IMG/VR virus record: IMGVR_UViG_3300042540_001015
Source: an uncultured virus (IMG/VR IMGVR_UViG_3300042540_001015)
Lineage: Duplodnaviria > Heunggongvirae > Uroviricota > Caudoviricetes
Direction: 5' to 3' (one strand)
Length of the DNA stretch: 27,381 nt
The number at the start of each line of letters is the position of its first letter. Positions within the stretch are counted from its first letter, which is position 1. Of this stretch, positions 1 to 8,288 are shown piece after piece. A model generated the notes under the pieces. That model searched no databases. It worked only from the letters and a program-made list of their open reading frames with translations, and had not been told where the DNA came from. A program made the position numbers and the translations under genes.

Positions 1-1
1 C

Positions 2-235
2 CAAGAAGTCGGCGGCGAAGGCCGGTCGTGGTCTGGAAAAATCCGCGAGACGGACGAAACGATCAAGGGGCAGTGGCCGAGAGCGGTCAAATGCCTCGCG
101 AAACACTTTGACGTCGCGACGAACGCGTTGGGTTACTGCGTCCGCTGGGACGCCGGAAAAATCGTGATGACTCTGAGGTCTGGCGAAGTGTGCGAGATTC
201 CTGTGACGGCAACTTATCGAAGGAGGTATCAGTGA
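2..235 (+). CDS. Hypothetical protein, 5'-truncated
   Basis: Open frame from the window edge (QEVGGEGRSWSGKIRE...TYRRRYQ*); its TGA overlaps the next GTG (GTGA). Confidence 0.6.
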   Translation, partial: QEVGGEGRSWSGKIRETDETIKGQWPRAVKCLAKHFDVATNALGYCVRWDAGKIVMTLRSGEVCEIPVTATYRRRYQ

Positions 236-402
236 GAATTGAAATCGAAATCACGGCGACGGAGAAGGAGGCTCTGCGACGCGCCATCGCGGGGCTCGCG
301 GCCGACGAGGCCAAGCGGTGGCTCGGCCGAAAGAGGCCCAGCAAGATTCAACTGGCGTGCGAGAGTCTGTACGAAAAAATCTTCGATAGAAAGGTGGTCT
401 GA
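232..402 (+). CDS. Hypothetical protein (56 aa)
   Basis: AGGAGG at 221-226, GTG start coupled to the upstream stop; MRIEIEITATEKEALRRAI... Confidence 0.65.
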   Translation: MRIEIEITATEKEALRRAIAGLAADEAKRWLGRKRPSKIQLACESLYEKIFDRKVV

Positions 403-403
403 C

Positions 404-844
404 GTGAACTACGCAATCGTCGATCTCGGCACCTTGTGGGACCACGAGGCAGCCAACTGGAGAGACAAGGTCTTCGTGGTCAGCCTCGAAGACAGCGACA
501 GCCTCGTCGGCATCGGGAACGTATTCGCGGACGTCGGCCAGCCCGACAAGCGGTTCATTTACAGGTACGCGACGGGCAAGTGGGGTGAGGTGATCGGCGG
601 CAACGATCACCGGCCGTACCACGGCCCCGTGCCATCGCTCGAAGTCTGCGACGTGTGCGAGCGAATCTTCTACTCGAAGACTCGCTGCACGAATCGTCGA
701 TGCGGCAATTGTCACCGAGAGCACTGTACCAAAAATGGTGCAACCGAGCCGGGGCACGGGCGGACGTGGCCCGAGCCAGTGAACGTCGGAGAGCATGAAG
801 ATCGGCTGAACGTCATTCGCGAACAGATTGGAGGGCGACGATGA
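404..844 (+). CDS. Hypothetical protein with Cys/His-rich putative Zn-binding C-terminus
   Basis: GTG start just after the previous stop; CDVC...CTNRRCGNCHREHC cluster. Confidence 0.65.
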   Translation: MNYAIVDLGTLWDHEAANWRDKVFVVSLEDSDSLVGIGNVFADVGQPDKRFIYRYATGKWGEVIGGNDHRPYHGPVPSLEVCDVCERIFYSKTRCTNRRCGNCHREHCTKNGATEPGHGRTWPEPVNVGEHEDRLNVIREQIGGRR

Positions 845-1212
845 TCCAAGACCCACAAGGCAAGAACCGACCCGTCTACACCGTCAACGAAAAGAGCGTG
901 AGCCTCTGGCTGCCACGGGCGGACGGAGGTTACGAGTACGAGGAGACCTACGCCAACTTCGAGGACCTGAAGGAGGCCTATCCGGACGCGGTCAAGAACG
1001 TCTTCCGTCGATACCAGCCAAACCGGCGACGGCACCCGGACGTTCACTTTCGCCCGTCTGGGCTCGCGGTCTACTGCCGGAAGTATCTCGCCCCGGAGGC
1101 GACTCTCCAGGCAGATCAACTCGGGAACGCCCAGACGACGACGGACGTCGCCCGCGTGACTTGTAAGACGTGTCTCAAGGCAATCATTTTTCTCGCACGG
1201 AGGATCGCATGA
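841..1212 (+). CDS. Hypothetical protein
   Basis: ATGA overlap, GGAGG upstream; VTCKTC motif near the C-terminus. Confidence 0.65.
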   Translation: MIQDPQGKNRPVYTVNEKSVSLWLPRADGGYEYEETYANFEDLKEAYPDAVKNVFRRYQPNRRRHPDVHFRPSGLAVYCRKYLAPEATLQADQLGNAQTTTDVARVTCKTCLKAIIFLARRIA

Positions 1213-1424
1213 GTTATCGAACCACACGAGTCGCCCTGAGTTCTCCCGACATCATCACCCCTGGCAGCATCGTCCGGCTGGGCGATCGGCTGCACAAGGT
1301 CGTGACGCCGCGAATCCTGGAGGACTGCCTTACGAGGGAATGGGTATACGATGCGTCTTTGTACGGATACGCTGACGCCAAGCCAGTGAAGGTCGAGTTC
1401 GTTTCACCACCGGAGAGAAAGTAA
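1209..1424 (+). CDS. Hypothetical protein
   Basis: ATGA overlap, GGAGG upstream; MSYRTTRVALSS... Confidence 0.55.
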   Translation: MSYRTTRVALSSPDIITPGSIVRLGDRLHKVVTPRILEDCLTREWVYDASLYGYADAKPVKVEFVSPPERK

Positions 1425-1762
1425 TGAACATTCTTTTTTTGGACGAAGAGCAATCGCAAGTGATCCCCGCTCTCGCGAAGGCGATGGCTGATGCCTCCTC
1501 CAAGTGCGCCGCCGCCGCCGAGGCGGAGGGGAACAATGAACAGCGAGACCACTTCCTTGACAGGCAGAAGCAGTACGAGTCTCTGTCCGACTCGCTTCAG
1601 CACTTCAACGACGTCGACGACACCGCCGCGTACTACTTCTCGACGCCGCTCGGGAGAGCGTACCTCACGGCGGCGTTCGTCGCACTCCGACTTCGCGTCG
1701 GGCTGGGGCACGCGTGGAATAAATACGTCAAGCCGGAGTTTGAAGCAAGGGAGGCGACATGA
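1424..1762 (+). CDS. Hypothetical protein
   Basis: TAATG coupling, GGAG SD; helical composition. Confidence 0.65.
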   Translation: MNILFLDEEQSQVIPALAKAMADASSKCAAAAEAEGNNEQRDHFLDRQKQYESLSDSLQHFNDVDDTAAYYFSTPLGRAYLTAAFVALRLRVGLGHAWNKYVKPEFEAREAT

Positions 1763-1938
1763 ACTGGCTCTTCGGTAGCAAGAATAAGACGGACGACCTC
1801 CAGGCCCTCGCGACGAGGCTGGAGGCGGACAACGACCGGCTCCGCCGCGAGAACGCCGTGCTCACGAATCTCGTCCGTGCGTTGCGTGACGTGAACGAAC
1901 ACCTCGACAAGATGAGGCAATATGAAACGACGAATTGA
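1759..1938 (+). CDS. Small coiled-coil protein (59 aa; absent from the ORF track)
   Basis: ATGA overlap, GGAGG SD; MNWLFGSKNKTDDLQALATRLEADNDRLRRENAVLTNLVRALRDVNEHLDKMRQYETTN shows heptad Leu spacing. Confidence 0.65.
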   Translation: MNWLFGSKNKTDDLQALATRLEADNDRLRRENAVLTNLVRALRDVNEHLDKMRQYETTN

Positions 1939-2179
1939 CCTTCAGAAGGCGGTCGCGAAGGCCGGTGGCCGAGTCGACGGGTGCCCCCCGTGCTGGTGTG
2001 GCGGAGAGAGACTTGTCGACTCGCCGCCGGACTTCGACCCCTCGAAGCCAGAGTACGTCGACTGGCACGAGGCATTCGACTGCTATGAGACCGAGCACCT
2101 GGAGGTCTATCTCACGCGGTGCTCGGCCTGCTCACGGCTCTATAATCACGTTTCCAAAAGAACGCCATCGGTGGTATGA
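1922..2179 (+). CDS. Hypothetical protein, putative Zn-ribbon
   Basis: GAGG SD; CPPCWC ... CSAC cysteine pairs. Confidence 0.6.
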   Translation: MKRRIDLQKAVAKAGGRVDGCPPCWCGGERLVDSPPDFDPSKPEYVDWHEAFDCYETEHLEVYLTRCSACSRLYNHVSKRTPSVV

Positions 2180-2206
2180 TTGACCGCACCCCCTGGAGAA
2201 ACTTAG

Positions 2207-2455
2207 ATGAAAGTCACGAAACTTCCCCCTGACCCCGTCTCGACAAGAGACGCCGCCCAGGTGCTCGGAATGTCCATGTCCCACATCCGCACTTTGGCAC
2301 GCAAGAAGATTTTGAAGGCCACGGCCTGGGGGCCGACGCTGGCGTTCAGCCTTGCGGACGTGAGGGCATACGGCAAAGAAAAAGCCGACGGCCGCAAGAA
2401 GGGCAAGGTTCGAGGTGCCCACCCCGGCGGCTTCAAGCCCGATCTTGTGTCATAG
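2207..2455 (+). CDS. Helix-turn-helix DNA-binding protein (excisionase/HTH_17-like)
   Basis: VSTRDAAQVLGMSMSHIRTLARKKILKA...FSLADV pattern; basic C-terminal tail. Confidence 0.75.
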   Translation: MKVTKLPPDPVSTRDAAQVLGMSMSHIRTLARKKILKATAWGPTLAFSLADVRAYGKEKADGRKKGKVRGAHPGGFKPDLVS

Positions 2456-2492
2456 TTGAAAAAGTCCTGTTTTCCAGCGGTTTTCAGGCCAC

Positions 2493-2521
2493 TTGCAATG
2501 CACCTAGATCGGTGCTATACT
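2493..2521 (+). promoter_or_regulatory. Sigma70-type promoter
   Basis: TTGCAA-N17-TATACT with extended -10 TG; intergenic, upstream of the AGGAG SD. Confidence 0.75.
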
Positions 2522-2559
2522 TGGGGCAGTTCGAGACAACAACCAGGAGAGCCAAACCC

Positions 2560-2949
2560 ATGTCCGCATTCGTCGTCAGCAAAAAACACGTCGCCGCCCT
2601 CGCCAACTTCGCCGTCTCCCACAAGGTTTGGCTCGGCACCCGGTCGGCCGGGAGCGGCGACTTCGAGTCGATCTACCAAACTCTCGCAGCCGAGAATGTC
2701 CGCTCCGTCTGTCACCGCTACGCCGACGAGAAGGCGGAGAACTACGCCGACTTTCTCAAGCCTTACGGCCGCAACACGATCCTCTACACGCCGGTCGCTG
2801 TGATCAAGTTGGCTCAGTGCCTCGACTACCAGTCGTGCGAGACGGACGACTGGGAGGACGCCCAGGCGTGCCGCATCCTGAAGAGCATCATCACCGCCGC
2901 GATCAACGCCCTCCCCGGATACGAAGAGGCCCCGTGGGCGATCGCTTGA
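2560..2949 (+). CDS. Conserved phage hypothetical protein
   Basis: AGGAG SD; ENVRSVCHRY and CLDYQSCETDDW motifs recalled from phage/ICE early proteins. Confidence 0.75.
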   Translation: MSAFVVSKKHVAALANFAVSHKVWLGTRSAGSGDFESIYQTLAAENVRSVCHRYADEKAENYADFLKPYGRNTILYTPVAVIKLAQCLDYQSCETDDWEDAQACRILKSIITAAINALPGYEEAPWAIA

Positions 2950-2975
2950 CAGAAAAGTACGGACTCGGGTACACA
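2946..2975 (+). promoter_or_regulatory. Putative promoter with the repeated motif in its spacer
   Basis: TTGACA-N18-TACACA (weak -10); spacer contains GTACGGACTCGGG (2957-2969). Confidence 0.45.
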
Positions 2976-3000
2976 CCTCACCCCCAGAAAGGACACGACA

Positions 3001-3294
3001 GTGGAGCAAGTCACGTTTCAGGAGTTTGCGAAACGCTACTGCGAGCGGCAGGAGCAGACGCCGGAGGGCCTCGCCGAGGTGCTCCGGGAGAAGAACACCC
3101 TTTTCAAGCCGGTCGGCTGGATGCTCCTCCAGTGCATCATCCTCGACTCCAGCCGGATCGGGCAATACACGATTTTGCCCTACGGAGGCGGTGCGACTCT
3201 CCAAGAAGTTCCGAGTCGTCCGTTCAGCCCTCGCGGGCTGGCGAGCGACATCAGCGAGGTTGTGTGCTTTATTCCGGCAGAGGAGGTGCCATGA
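3001..3294 (+). CDS. Hypothetical protein
   Basis: AAGGA SD, GTG start, coupled to the next gene. Confidence 0.65.
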   Translation: MEQVTFQEFAKRYCERQEQTPEGLAEVLREKNTLFKPVGWMLLQCIILDSSRIGQYTILPYGGGATLQEVPSRPFSPRGLASDISEVVCFIPAEEVP

Positions 3295-3602
3295 AGACTA
3301 TCCGCCAGCACGAGTATAGAGTCAGCGAGCGTGTCGTCATTCGCCCTGGAGATTCTTTCCGGGCGAAGGGCGGTCCGTACTGGAAATCGAGCGACGGAGC
3401 GAAGATTCGCCTGACGTCGACGGGCCCATTCAAGTTCATTGCCTACGTCAAGCGTGGTGCAGTTGGCTGGATTGAGTGTGTCGACCGAGAGGGCTGCTTC
3501 GCGGTGCTCCACGTCGAGGGTCGCCGGAGGCGGATCGACTGTTCTCTGGTTCCGAGGCCCTACACGATCACCGGAAAAAAGAGGCCTATCGCGAAGGCTT
3601 GA
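3291..3602 (+). CDS. Hypothetical basic protein
   Basis: GGAGG SD, ATGA overlap; MKTIRQHEYRVSERVVIRPG... Confidence 0.7.
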   Translation: MKTIRQHEYRVSERVVIRPGDSFRAKGGPYWKSSDGAKIRLTSTGPFKFIAYVKRGAVGWIECVDREGCFAVLHVEGRRRRIDCSLVPRPYTITGKKRPIAKA

Positions 3603-3627
3603 CAATAGTGCGATTGCTGGATAAATT
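3599..3627 (+). promoter_or_regulatory. Sigma70-type promoter
   Basis: TTGACA-N17-TAAATT upstream of the DUF932 gene. Confidence 0.75.
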
Positions 3628-3668
3628 GTCTGGACAAGTGAACCCAAACCCCCGAGGAGTAGATTGAA

Positions 3669-4427
3669 ATGAGCGAGATCAAAAACAAGTTGTGCCTCCA
3701 CGCTGGTGCCGCCCTCGTCGATCGCGACGCGGTCAATGCAGTGGCGACGCCAGAGCCGACGGTGTCCGAGAAGAACCGGCTGTGGCAGCCGGTGGCTCAC
3801 GGTGCCGTCATCGATGCGGTCGAGAACTCGATCGTCGGCAGCGGACTCTCGATCGCGGATCGGGCGTTCGCTCTGACGAAGGACGGTGCAAGGTTGTTCG
3901 GCCTGATCACTCTCGCGAGCGACAAGCCGGACTACGCGGTCACGATCGGCGTCCGGAACAGTCACGACAAGTCCTTCCCAGTCGGCCTCGCGCTCGGGAG
4001 CCGGGTCTTCGTCTGCGACAATCTGGCGTTCTCCAGTGACGTGAACATCGCCTCGAAGCACACGCGGTTCATCTACGACCGCCTGCCACGGCTCGTGGCG
4101 GACGGCGTGGCTCAACTCGTGGCTCACCGGGCGAACCAGGACCGTCGGATCGAGTGCTACAAGGACCTGGAGATTCGCGGGCAGGCCCACCTCCACGACC
4201 TCGTGCTCCGTGCCTACCGGGCGCAGGCGATCCCGGCGCAGGCGATCCCGCGAGTGATCGAGGAGTTCGAGGAGCCGCGTCACCCGGAGTTTGTTGCTCC
4301 GACTGGCTGGTCTCTCTTCAACGCGTTCACCGAAGTGCTGAAGCCCTTCGGCGAACTCCAGAAGCGTACCCAGCGGCTCCACGGCATCATCGACGCGGAG
4401 GTTGGCCCTCAGTTGCTGGCGGTGTAG
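3669..4427 (+). CDS. DUF932-family phage/plasmid protein
   Basis: RNSHDKS...RVFVCDNL...KHT...TGWSLFNAFTE motifs; GAGGAG SD. Confidence 0.8.
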   Translation: MSEIKNKLCLHAGAALVDRDAVNAVATPEPTVSEKNRLWQPVAHGAVIDAVENSIVGSGLSIADRAFALTKDGARLFGLITLASDKPDYAVTIGVRNSHDKSFPVGLALGSRVFVCDNLAFSSDVNIASKHTRFIYDRLPRLVADGVAQLVAHRANQDRRIECYKDLEIRGQAHLHDLVLRAYRAQAIPAQAIPRVIEEFEEPRHPEFVAPTGWSLFNAFTEVLKPFGELQKRTQRLHGIIDAEVGPQLLAV

Positions 4428-4436
4428 TTTCGGAAT

Positions 4437-4483
4437 GTACGGACACGGGCACCGGCGGGGCAGGCACGAGGCCTCCCCGCCGG
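4437..4483 (+). promoter_or_regulatory. Repeated motif followed by a GC-rich hairpin
   Basis: GTACGGACACGGG, then CCGGCGGGG(c)AGGC-acgag-GCCTCCCCGCCGG; no U tract. Confidence 0.6.
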
Positions 4484-4512
4484 GCCGCCCCTAACACACG
4501 AAGGAGAGACCA

Positions 4513-4830
4513 GTGAGCAAAAACAAAGGACCATTTCGCTGGCCGTTCGCCAAGTGGCGGCAGCAGTGGATCGCCGAGGGCGATCGGCTTGTCGCCCAGG
4601 CGGAGGAGGTCAAGAACGAGGGTCTCGTTCGTCGCAGCCGCTACGAGGCGGCAGCGAAACTGTACATCAAGAGTGCTGGATTCTACCGTCGTGCGGGCCT
4701 CGGCTTGTGCGCGGCGACGAGTTACCAGGACGCTGCCGACTGTTACTCGGTGCTCGGCGACGATACCGGCTGCAAGAGTTGCGAGGAGAAGGCAGAAGCG
4801 ATCCCAGTCTATTACGAGGAGGCGGTTTGA
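4513..4830 (+). CDS. Small helical-repeat (TPR/SNAP-like) protein
   Basis: YEAAAKLYIKSAGFY...AATSYQDAADCY helical repeats; AAGGAG SD. Confidence 0.6.
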   Translation: MSKNKGPFRWPFAKWRQQWIAEGDRLVAQAEEVKNEGLVRRSRYEAAAKLYIKSAGFYRRAGLGLCAATSYQDAADCYSVLGDDTGCKSCEEKAEAIPVYYEEAV

Positions 4831-4832
4831 TC

Positions 4833-5135
4833 ATGTTTTACGCACAGTTTTCGGAGTTCGCCAACAGCGACGGGACGCCCTCGGCGGACATCGTCGAGGT
4901 CGAAATCGTCGCCAGGAACCCGACGAGGCCCGACCGGACGATTGTTCAGTACCCGGGTCCGATGGGCTTTTGCACCGATGTTTTCACTCGCGAACTCTTC
5001 GGCACCCGCGAGGCTGCGGCCGAGCGTTTGATCGAGAGGCTTGAGAGTTTCAAGTCCGAGAAAAAAAGGCGTCTGGATGCCGTGATCGAAAAAATTCGAT
5101 CGGCATACTTGCCAGACCCGGCAGTCGTCGGTTAG
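4833..5135 (+). CDS. Hypothetical protein
   Basis: GGAGG SD; MFYAQFSEF... Confidence 0.65.
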   Translation: MFYAQFSEFANSDGTPSADIVEVEIVARNPTRPDRTIVQYPGPMGFCTDVFTRELFGTREAAAERLIERLESFKSEKKRRLDAVIEKIRSAYLPDPAVVG

Positions 5136-5156
5136 TCTCCGCTCCCTCTAAACAAA

Positions 5157-5169
5157 GTACGGATACAGG
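5157..5169 (+). promoter_or_regulatory. Repeated motif copy upstream of the helicase
   Basis: GTACGGATACAGG, ending 12 nt before the ATG. Confidence 0.55.
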
Positions 5170-5181
5170 TAGGCAACAGGC

Positions 5182-6549
5182 ATGGACGTCTCCCAGGCAT
5201 GGGGGCACCAGCAGTCCGCCAAGGACTGGCTGATGCCTCGTCGTTTTGGTCACTTGAACCACGAGGTTGGCTGCGGCAAAAGCCGCACCGTCCTCATGGC
5301 AGTGACCGGCAAGAAAACGGTGCTCATCGTCTGCCCGATCGCTGTCGGGCCTGCGTGGGAGAAGCAAGGAAGGCTCTTCGACCAGGGCCGACGCTTCGTC
5401 GTCGCCGTGAAGGGGACGGCGGCCCAGCGAGTGAAGGCGATTCGCGAGGGGCTCGCGTCAAGCGGCCCCGTCGCGATCGTCGTGAACTACGACTCGGTCT
5501 ACCGTGGCGAGATTGGCAAACTCATCCAGGCCACGGCCTGGGACGCGATCGTTTGCGATGAGAGTCACCGGATCAAGTCTGGCGGGGCTCGGGCCTCGAA
5601 GTTCCTCTGGAAACTCGGCAAGTCCCGCCCCGATGCCCTGCGGCTGTGCCTCACCGGGACGCCGACGCCCAACAATCCGCTCGACTGGTTCGGCCAGTTC
5701 AGGTTTCTTGACGACTCGATCCTCGGCACGAGCGAGCGGGCACTTCGAGAGCGGCTCTGCGTTCTCCACCCGCAGTACAAGGGATGGATTCTCAACTGGA
5801 AACGTGACGGGCTGGAGGCCCTCGCCAAGAGGATCGACGACCACGTTCACCGCGTGCAGGCAGCCGACGTCCTGACTCTGCCGGAGGCGGTCCACACTCA
5901 GGTCGAGATTGAACTGAACAGCGTCGTCAGGGCGTTCTACGACGTGCTCGAAGAAGAGATGATCGCCCGGATCGAATCCGGCGAGGTCGTGACGGCAGCG
6001 AACAGGATGGTCGTCACGGCTCGCCTCCACCTCGCGGCGAGCGGCCATGCAAAGCCGGACGGCGGCGACGTATTCCATCGAATCTGCGGCGAGCCGGACA
6101 AGCGGCTGTGGCTGAAAGACTGGCTCGAAGACTTCCCGCTGCGGGAGCCGCTCGTCGTGTTCGTGCGATTCCTCGAAGACCTTAGAGAGGTGGCCGAGGC
6201 CTGCGAGGCGTCAGGTCGGACCGTATCGCTTCTCTGCGGACACAAGAAGCAACTCGAAGAGTGGCAGGAAGGCAAGGCGGACGTGATCGTCGTCCAACAG
6301 CAGGCAGGCGGCGCGGGCGTGGACCTCACAAGGGCCGCGTACTGCGTCTTCTACTCGCTCTCGCACAGCCTCGGCGACTTCGAGCAATGTGTCGGTCGGT
6401 TGCACCGCCCAGGGCAGACGAAATGCTGCCGCTACTACCACGTCGTAGCAAAAGACACGATCGACGAGGCGATTTACGAGGCACTTCAAGACAAGGCGGA
6501 CGTCGCCGAGTCTGTGTTTTCGAGGCTCACACGGAGGGTTGGCAAGTGA
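5182..6549 (+). CDS. SNF2-family (SF2) DNA helicase/translocase
   Basis: Motif I EVGCGKS, Ia LIVCP, II CDESH, III LTGTP, V AGGAGVDL, VI QCVGRLHRPGQ. Confidence 0.92.
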   Translation: MDVSQAWGHQQSAKDWLMPRRFGHLNHEVGCGKSRTVLMAVTGKKTVLIVCPIAVGPAWEKQGRLFDQGRRFVVAVKGTAAQRVKAIREGLASSGPVAIVVNYDSVYRGEIGKLIQATAWDAIVCDESHRIKSGGARASKFLWKLGKSRPDALRLCLTGTPTPNNPLDWFGQFRFLDDSILGTSERALRERLCVLHPQYKGWILNWKRDGLEALAKRIDDHVHRVQAADVLTLPEAVHTQVEIELNSVVRAFYDVLEEEMIARIESGEVVTAANRMVVTARLHLAASGHAKPDGGDVFHRICGEPDKRLWLKDWLEDFPLREPLVVFVRFLEDLREVAEACEASGRTVSLLCGHKKQLEEWQEGKADVIVVQQQAGGAGVDLTRAAYCVFYSLSHSLGDFEQCVGRLHRPGQTKCCRYYHVVAKDTIDEAIYEALQDKADVAESVFSRLTRRVGK

Positions 6550-7382
6550 TTATTCATAGTCTGGATACGGGCCTGCGGGTCGATTACGACATGGGCAACG
6601 ACGCCTATCACGCAGAGAAAGAACACGTCAGTCGCTCGAAGGCTCACCGCTACCGGGGCCTCGCGGGCGGCCGTGCGCAGCGGTACGAGTCGGAAGGCAA
6701 GTCTCTGTTCTCCGGCAACGCCGCGACGAGTTTCGGCTCGATCGTCGACGCCGCCTTCGAGGCGGTTGTTAGGGGCGTCGACTGGAGGGCTCGGTGCGTC
6801 GTGCCGCCGCCGGGCGTGCTCGCCTCCGACGGCAGCCGTCGCGGCAACGCGTTCAAAGAGTGGAGATCGAGTTTGCCGGTCGGTGCTGTCGAGTGCTCCG
6901 AGAACGACTTCTCGAAAGTCGCCGACATGGTCGCCAGTCTCTGGGAGCACAAGCGGGCCCGCGAACTGATGGAGCAAGTCGCCCACTCCCAGATGAGCGT
7001 GTTTTGGACGGACTCGAACGGCCACAAGCGGAAGGCCCGCGCCGACGGCGTCACCCGTAGCGGCGCGTGGTTCGATCTGAAGACGACGTCCTCGGAGTGG
7101 CGTGAACTCCGCTGGAGTTTCGTTCGCTTTGGCTACGACTGGCAGGCCCGCTGGTATGCGGACGCGGCGGCCGCAGCCGGTGCGGAGCCATTTGTCTTTC
7201 GGTTCATCGTCGTGCAGACGTTCGCTCCGTTCGACGTCAAGGTCGTGACCCTCACTGACGAGGCCCTCGATCGGGCCGGTCGCGAGATCGACGAGACGCT
7301 CTTTGAGATGAGGCGTCGCGAGGAGACCGGCGTGTGGGTGCCGGATTCGTACCACGAGGAAGAAGTTTTGGAGTTGGGTTGA
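6546..7382 (+). CDS. Exonuclease VIII/RecE-like PD-(D/E)XK nuclease (DUF3799-like)
   Basis: N-terminal MGNDAYHA...VSRS; KARAD...DLKTT; FGYDWQARWY; GTGA overlap. Confidence 0.82.
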   Translation: MIIHSLDTGLRVDYDMGNDAYHAEKEHVSRSKAHRYRGLAGGRAQRYESEGKSLFSGNAATSFGSIVDAAFEAVVRGVDWRARCVVPPPGVLASDGSRRGNAFKEWRSSLPVGAVECSENDFSKVADMVASLWEHKRARELMEQVAHSQMSVFWTDSNGHKRKARADGVTRSGAWFDLKTTSSEWRELRWSFVRFGYDWQARWYADAAAAAGAEPFVFRFIVVQTFAPFDVKVVTLTDEALDRAGREIDETLFEMRRREETGVWVPDSYHEEEVLELG

Positions 7383-7396
7383 TTTACGGAGAGAGC

Positions 7397-7415
7397 CCGC
7401 CGCAGAAAGCGGCGG
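7397..7415 (+). other. Intergenic GC hairpin
   Basis: CCGCCGC-agaaa-GCGGCGG preceded by TACGGA; no U tract. Confidence 0.5.
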
Positions 7416-7456
7416 AACGTCTCTTCGCGTGTTGGTAGGCAACTAGGAGGACAATT

Positions 7457-8206
7457 ATGTCCACAGTTATCACGGTGTCCGGCGGCCCAAGGGCCCTCGG
7501 ACTTTCGGCCGACGGCCAGTTCCGGCTGAAGGATTTGCAGCAGGTGAAGATTCCGGGCCAGGGCGGAACCACCTGGACATGGACGACGATCATCGGCGAC
7601 CGCTCGGCGAAGGAACTCGTCGGCACTCCGGTGGCGTTGAGCCCGGTACAGTACGACCTGTGGCCGACGACGGGTCAGGCTTCGGAGGGCACGGTTCCTT
7701 ACCTCCGCAGTCACGACAACGTCACGGCCCACGTCGTGGGTGACGATCCTGGCGACCTCGATCTGAAGTTGATCGAGGCGGCGAAGAACCCCGACGGCAC
7801 GATCGACTGCCGCAAACTCGTCTACTTCCAGTGGACCGAGAACGCGGCGGGTGAGAAGCGGATTCCTCCGCGAGCCAACGGCACGAGCGTCATTGTCCTC
7901 CAGCGTGAGGAAGACGGCGCGACGGTCTACGTTCGCCTGAGCAAGACGTCGAGCCCAGTGGTTCAGCGGTTCTTCTCGGAGGTGGCGAAGCAGGGCCTTC
8001 TGCCATTCCAGACGGTCGTTTCCCTTGGGCTCGAAAAAGTCCAGGGCAAGAAGGCTCCCTACAGCCGTGTCGTGCCGAAGTTCGTCCGGGCTCTCGATCC
8101 AGAGTTCCGCGACTTCTTCCGCGAGGACTTCGAGCGCATTAGCCCGCTCCTGCGGGGGTCGCTGGAGAAGTACCCGAAGGTCGATTCGGATTCGGTGCCG
8201 TTCTAG
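7457..8206 (+). CDS. Putative ssDNA-binding/annealing protein
   Basis: Lies between nuclease and primase; acidic C-terminal tail DSDSVPF typical of SSBs; AGGAGG SD. Confidence 0.6.
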   Translation: MSTVITVSGGPRALGLSADGQFRLKDLQQVKIPGQGGTTWTWTTIIGDRSAKELVGTPVALSPVQYDLWPTTGQASEGTVPYLRSHDNVTAHVVGDDPGDLDLKLIEAAKNPDGTIDCRKLVYFQWTENAAGEKRIPPRANGTSVIVLQREEDGATVYVRLSKTSSPVVQRFFSEVAKQGLLPFQTVVSLGLEKVQGKKAPYSRVVPKFVRALDPEFRDFFREDFERISPLLRGSLEKYPKVDSDSVPF

Positions 8207-8211
8207 TTGTT

Positions 8212-8253
8212 GTACGGATACGGGCCCCGGGCAGCACTGTGCTGCCTGGGGCC
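8212..8253 (+). promoter_or_regulatory. Repeated motif overlapping a 14-bp hairpin
   Basis: GTACGGATACGGG; GGCCCCGGGCAGCA-ctg-TGCTGCCTGGGGCC. Confidence 0.6.
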
Positions 8254-8288
8254 GTTCCGTCTCATCATTTTTTCAAGGAGGAATTCAA

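Noticed and set aside
2180..2208. TTGACC promoter upstream of the HTH gene
   Set aside because: No acceptable -10 hexamer at 16-18 nt spacing.
3180..4382. 400-aa minus-strand ORF, and other long antisense ORFs such as 6486..7442, 12387..13334 and 24443..25429
   Set aside because: Shadow frames of well-supported plus-strand genes in GC-rich DNA; no motifs recognised.
6561..6572. Partial motif CTGGATACGGG
   Set aside because: Lies inside a coding region and lacks the GTAC half; probably chance.
8025..8288. N-terminal extensions in the ORF track (starts at 8025, 6261, 11498, 21208, 15244, 239, 2628, 4554)
   Set aside because: They overlap upstream genes; downstream starts have SD sequences or stop-start coupling and coincide with domain boundaries.
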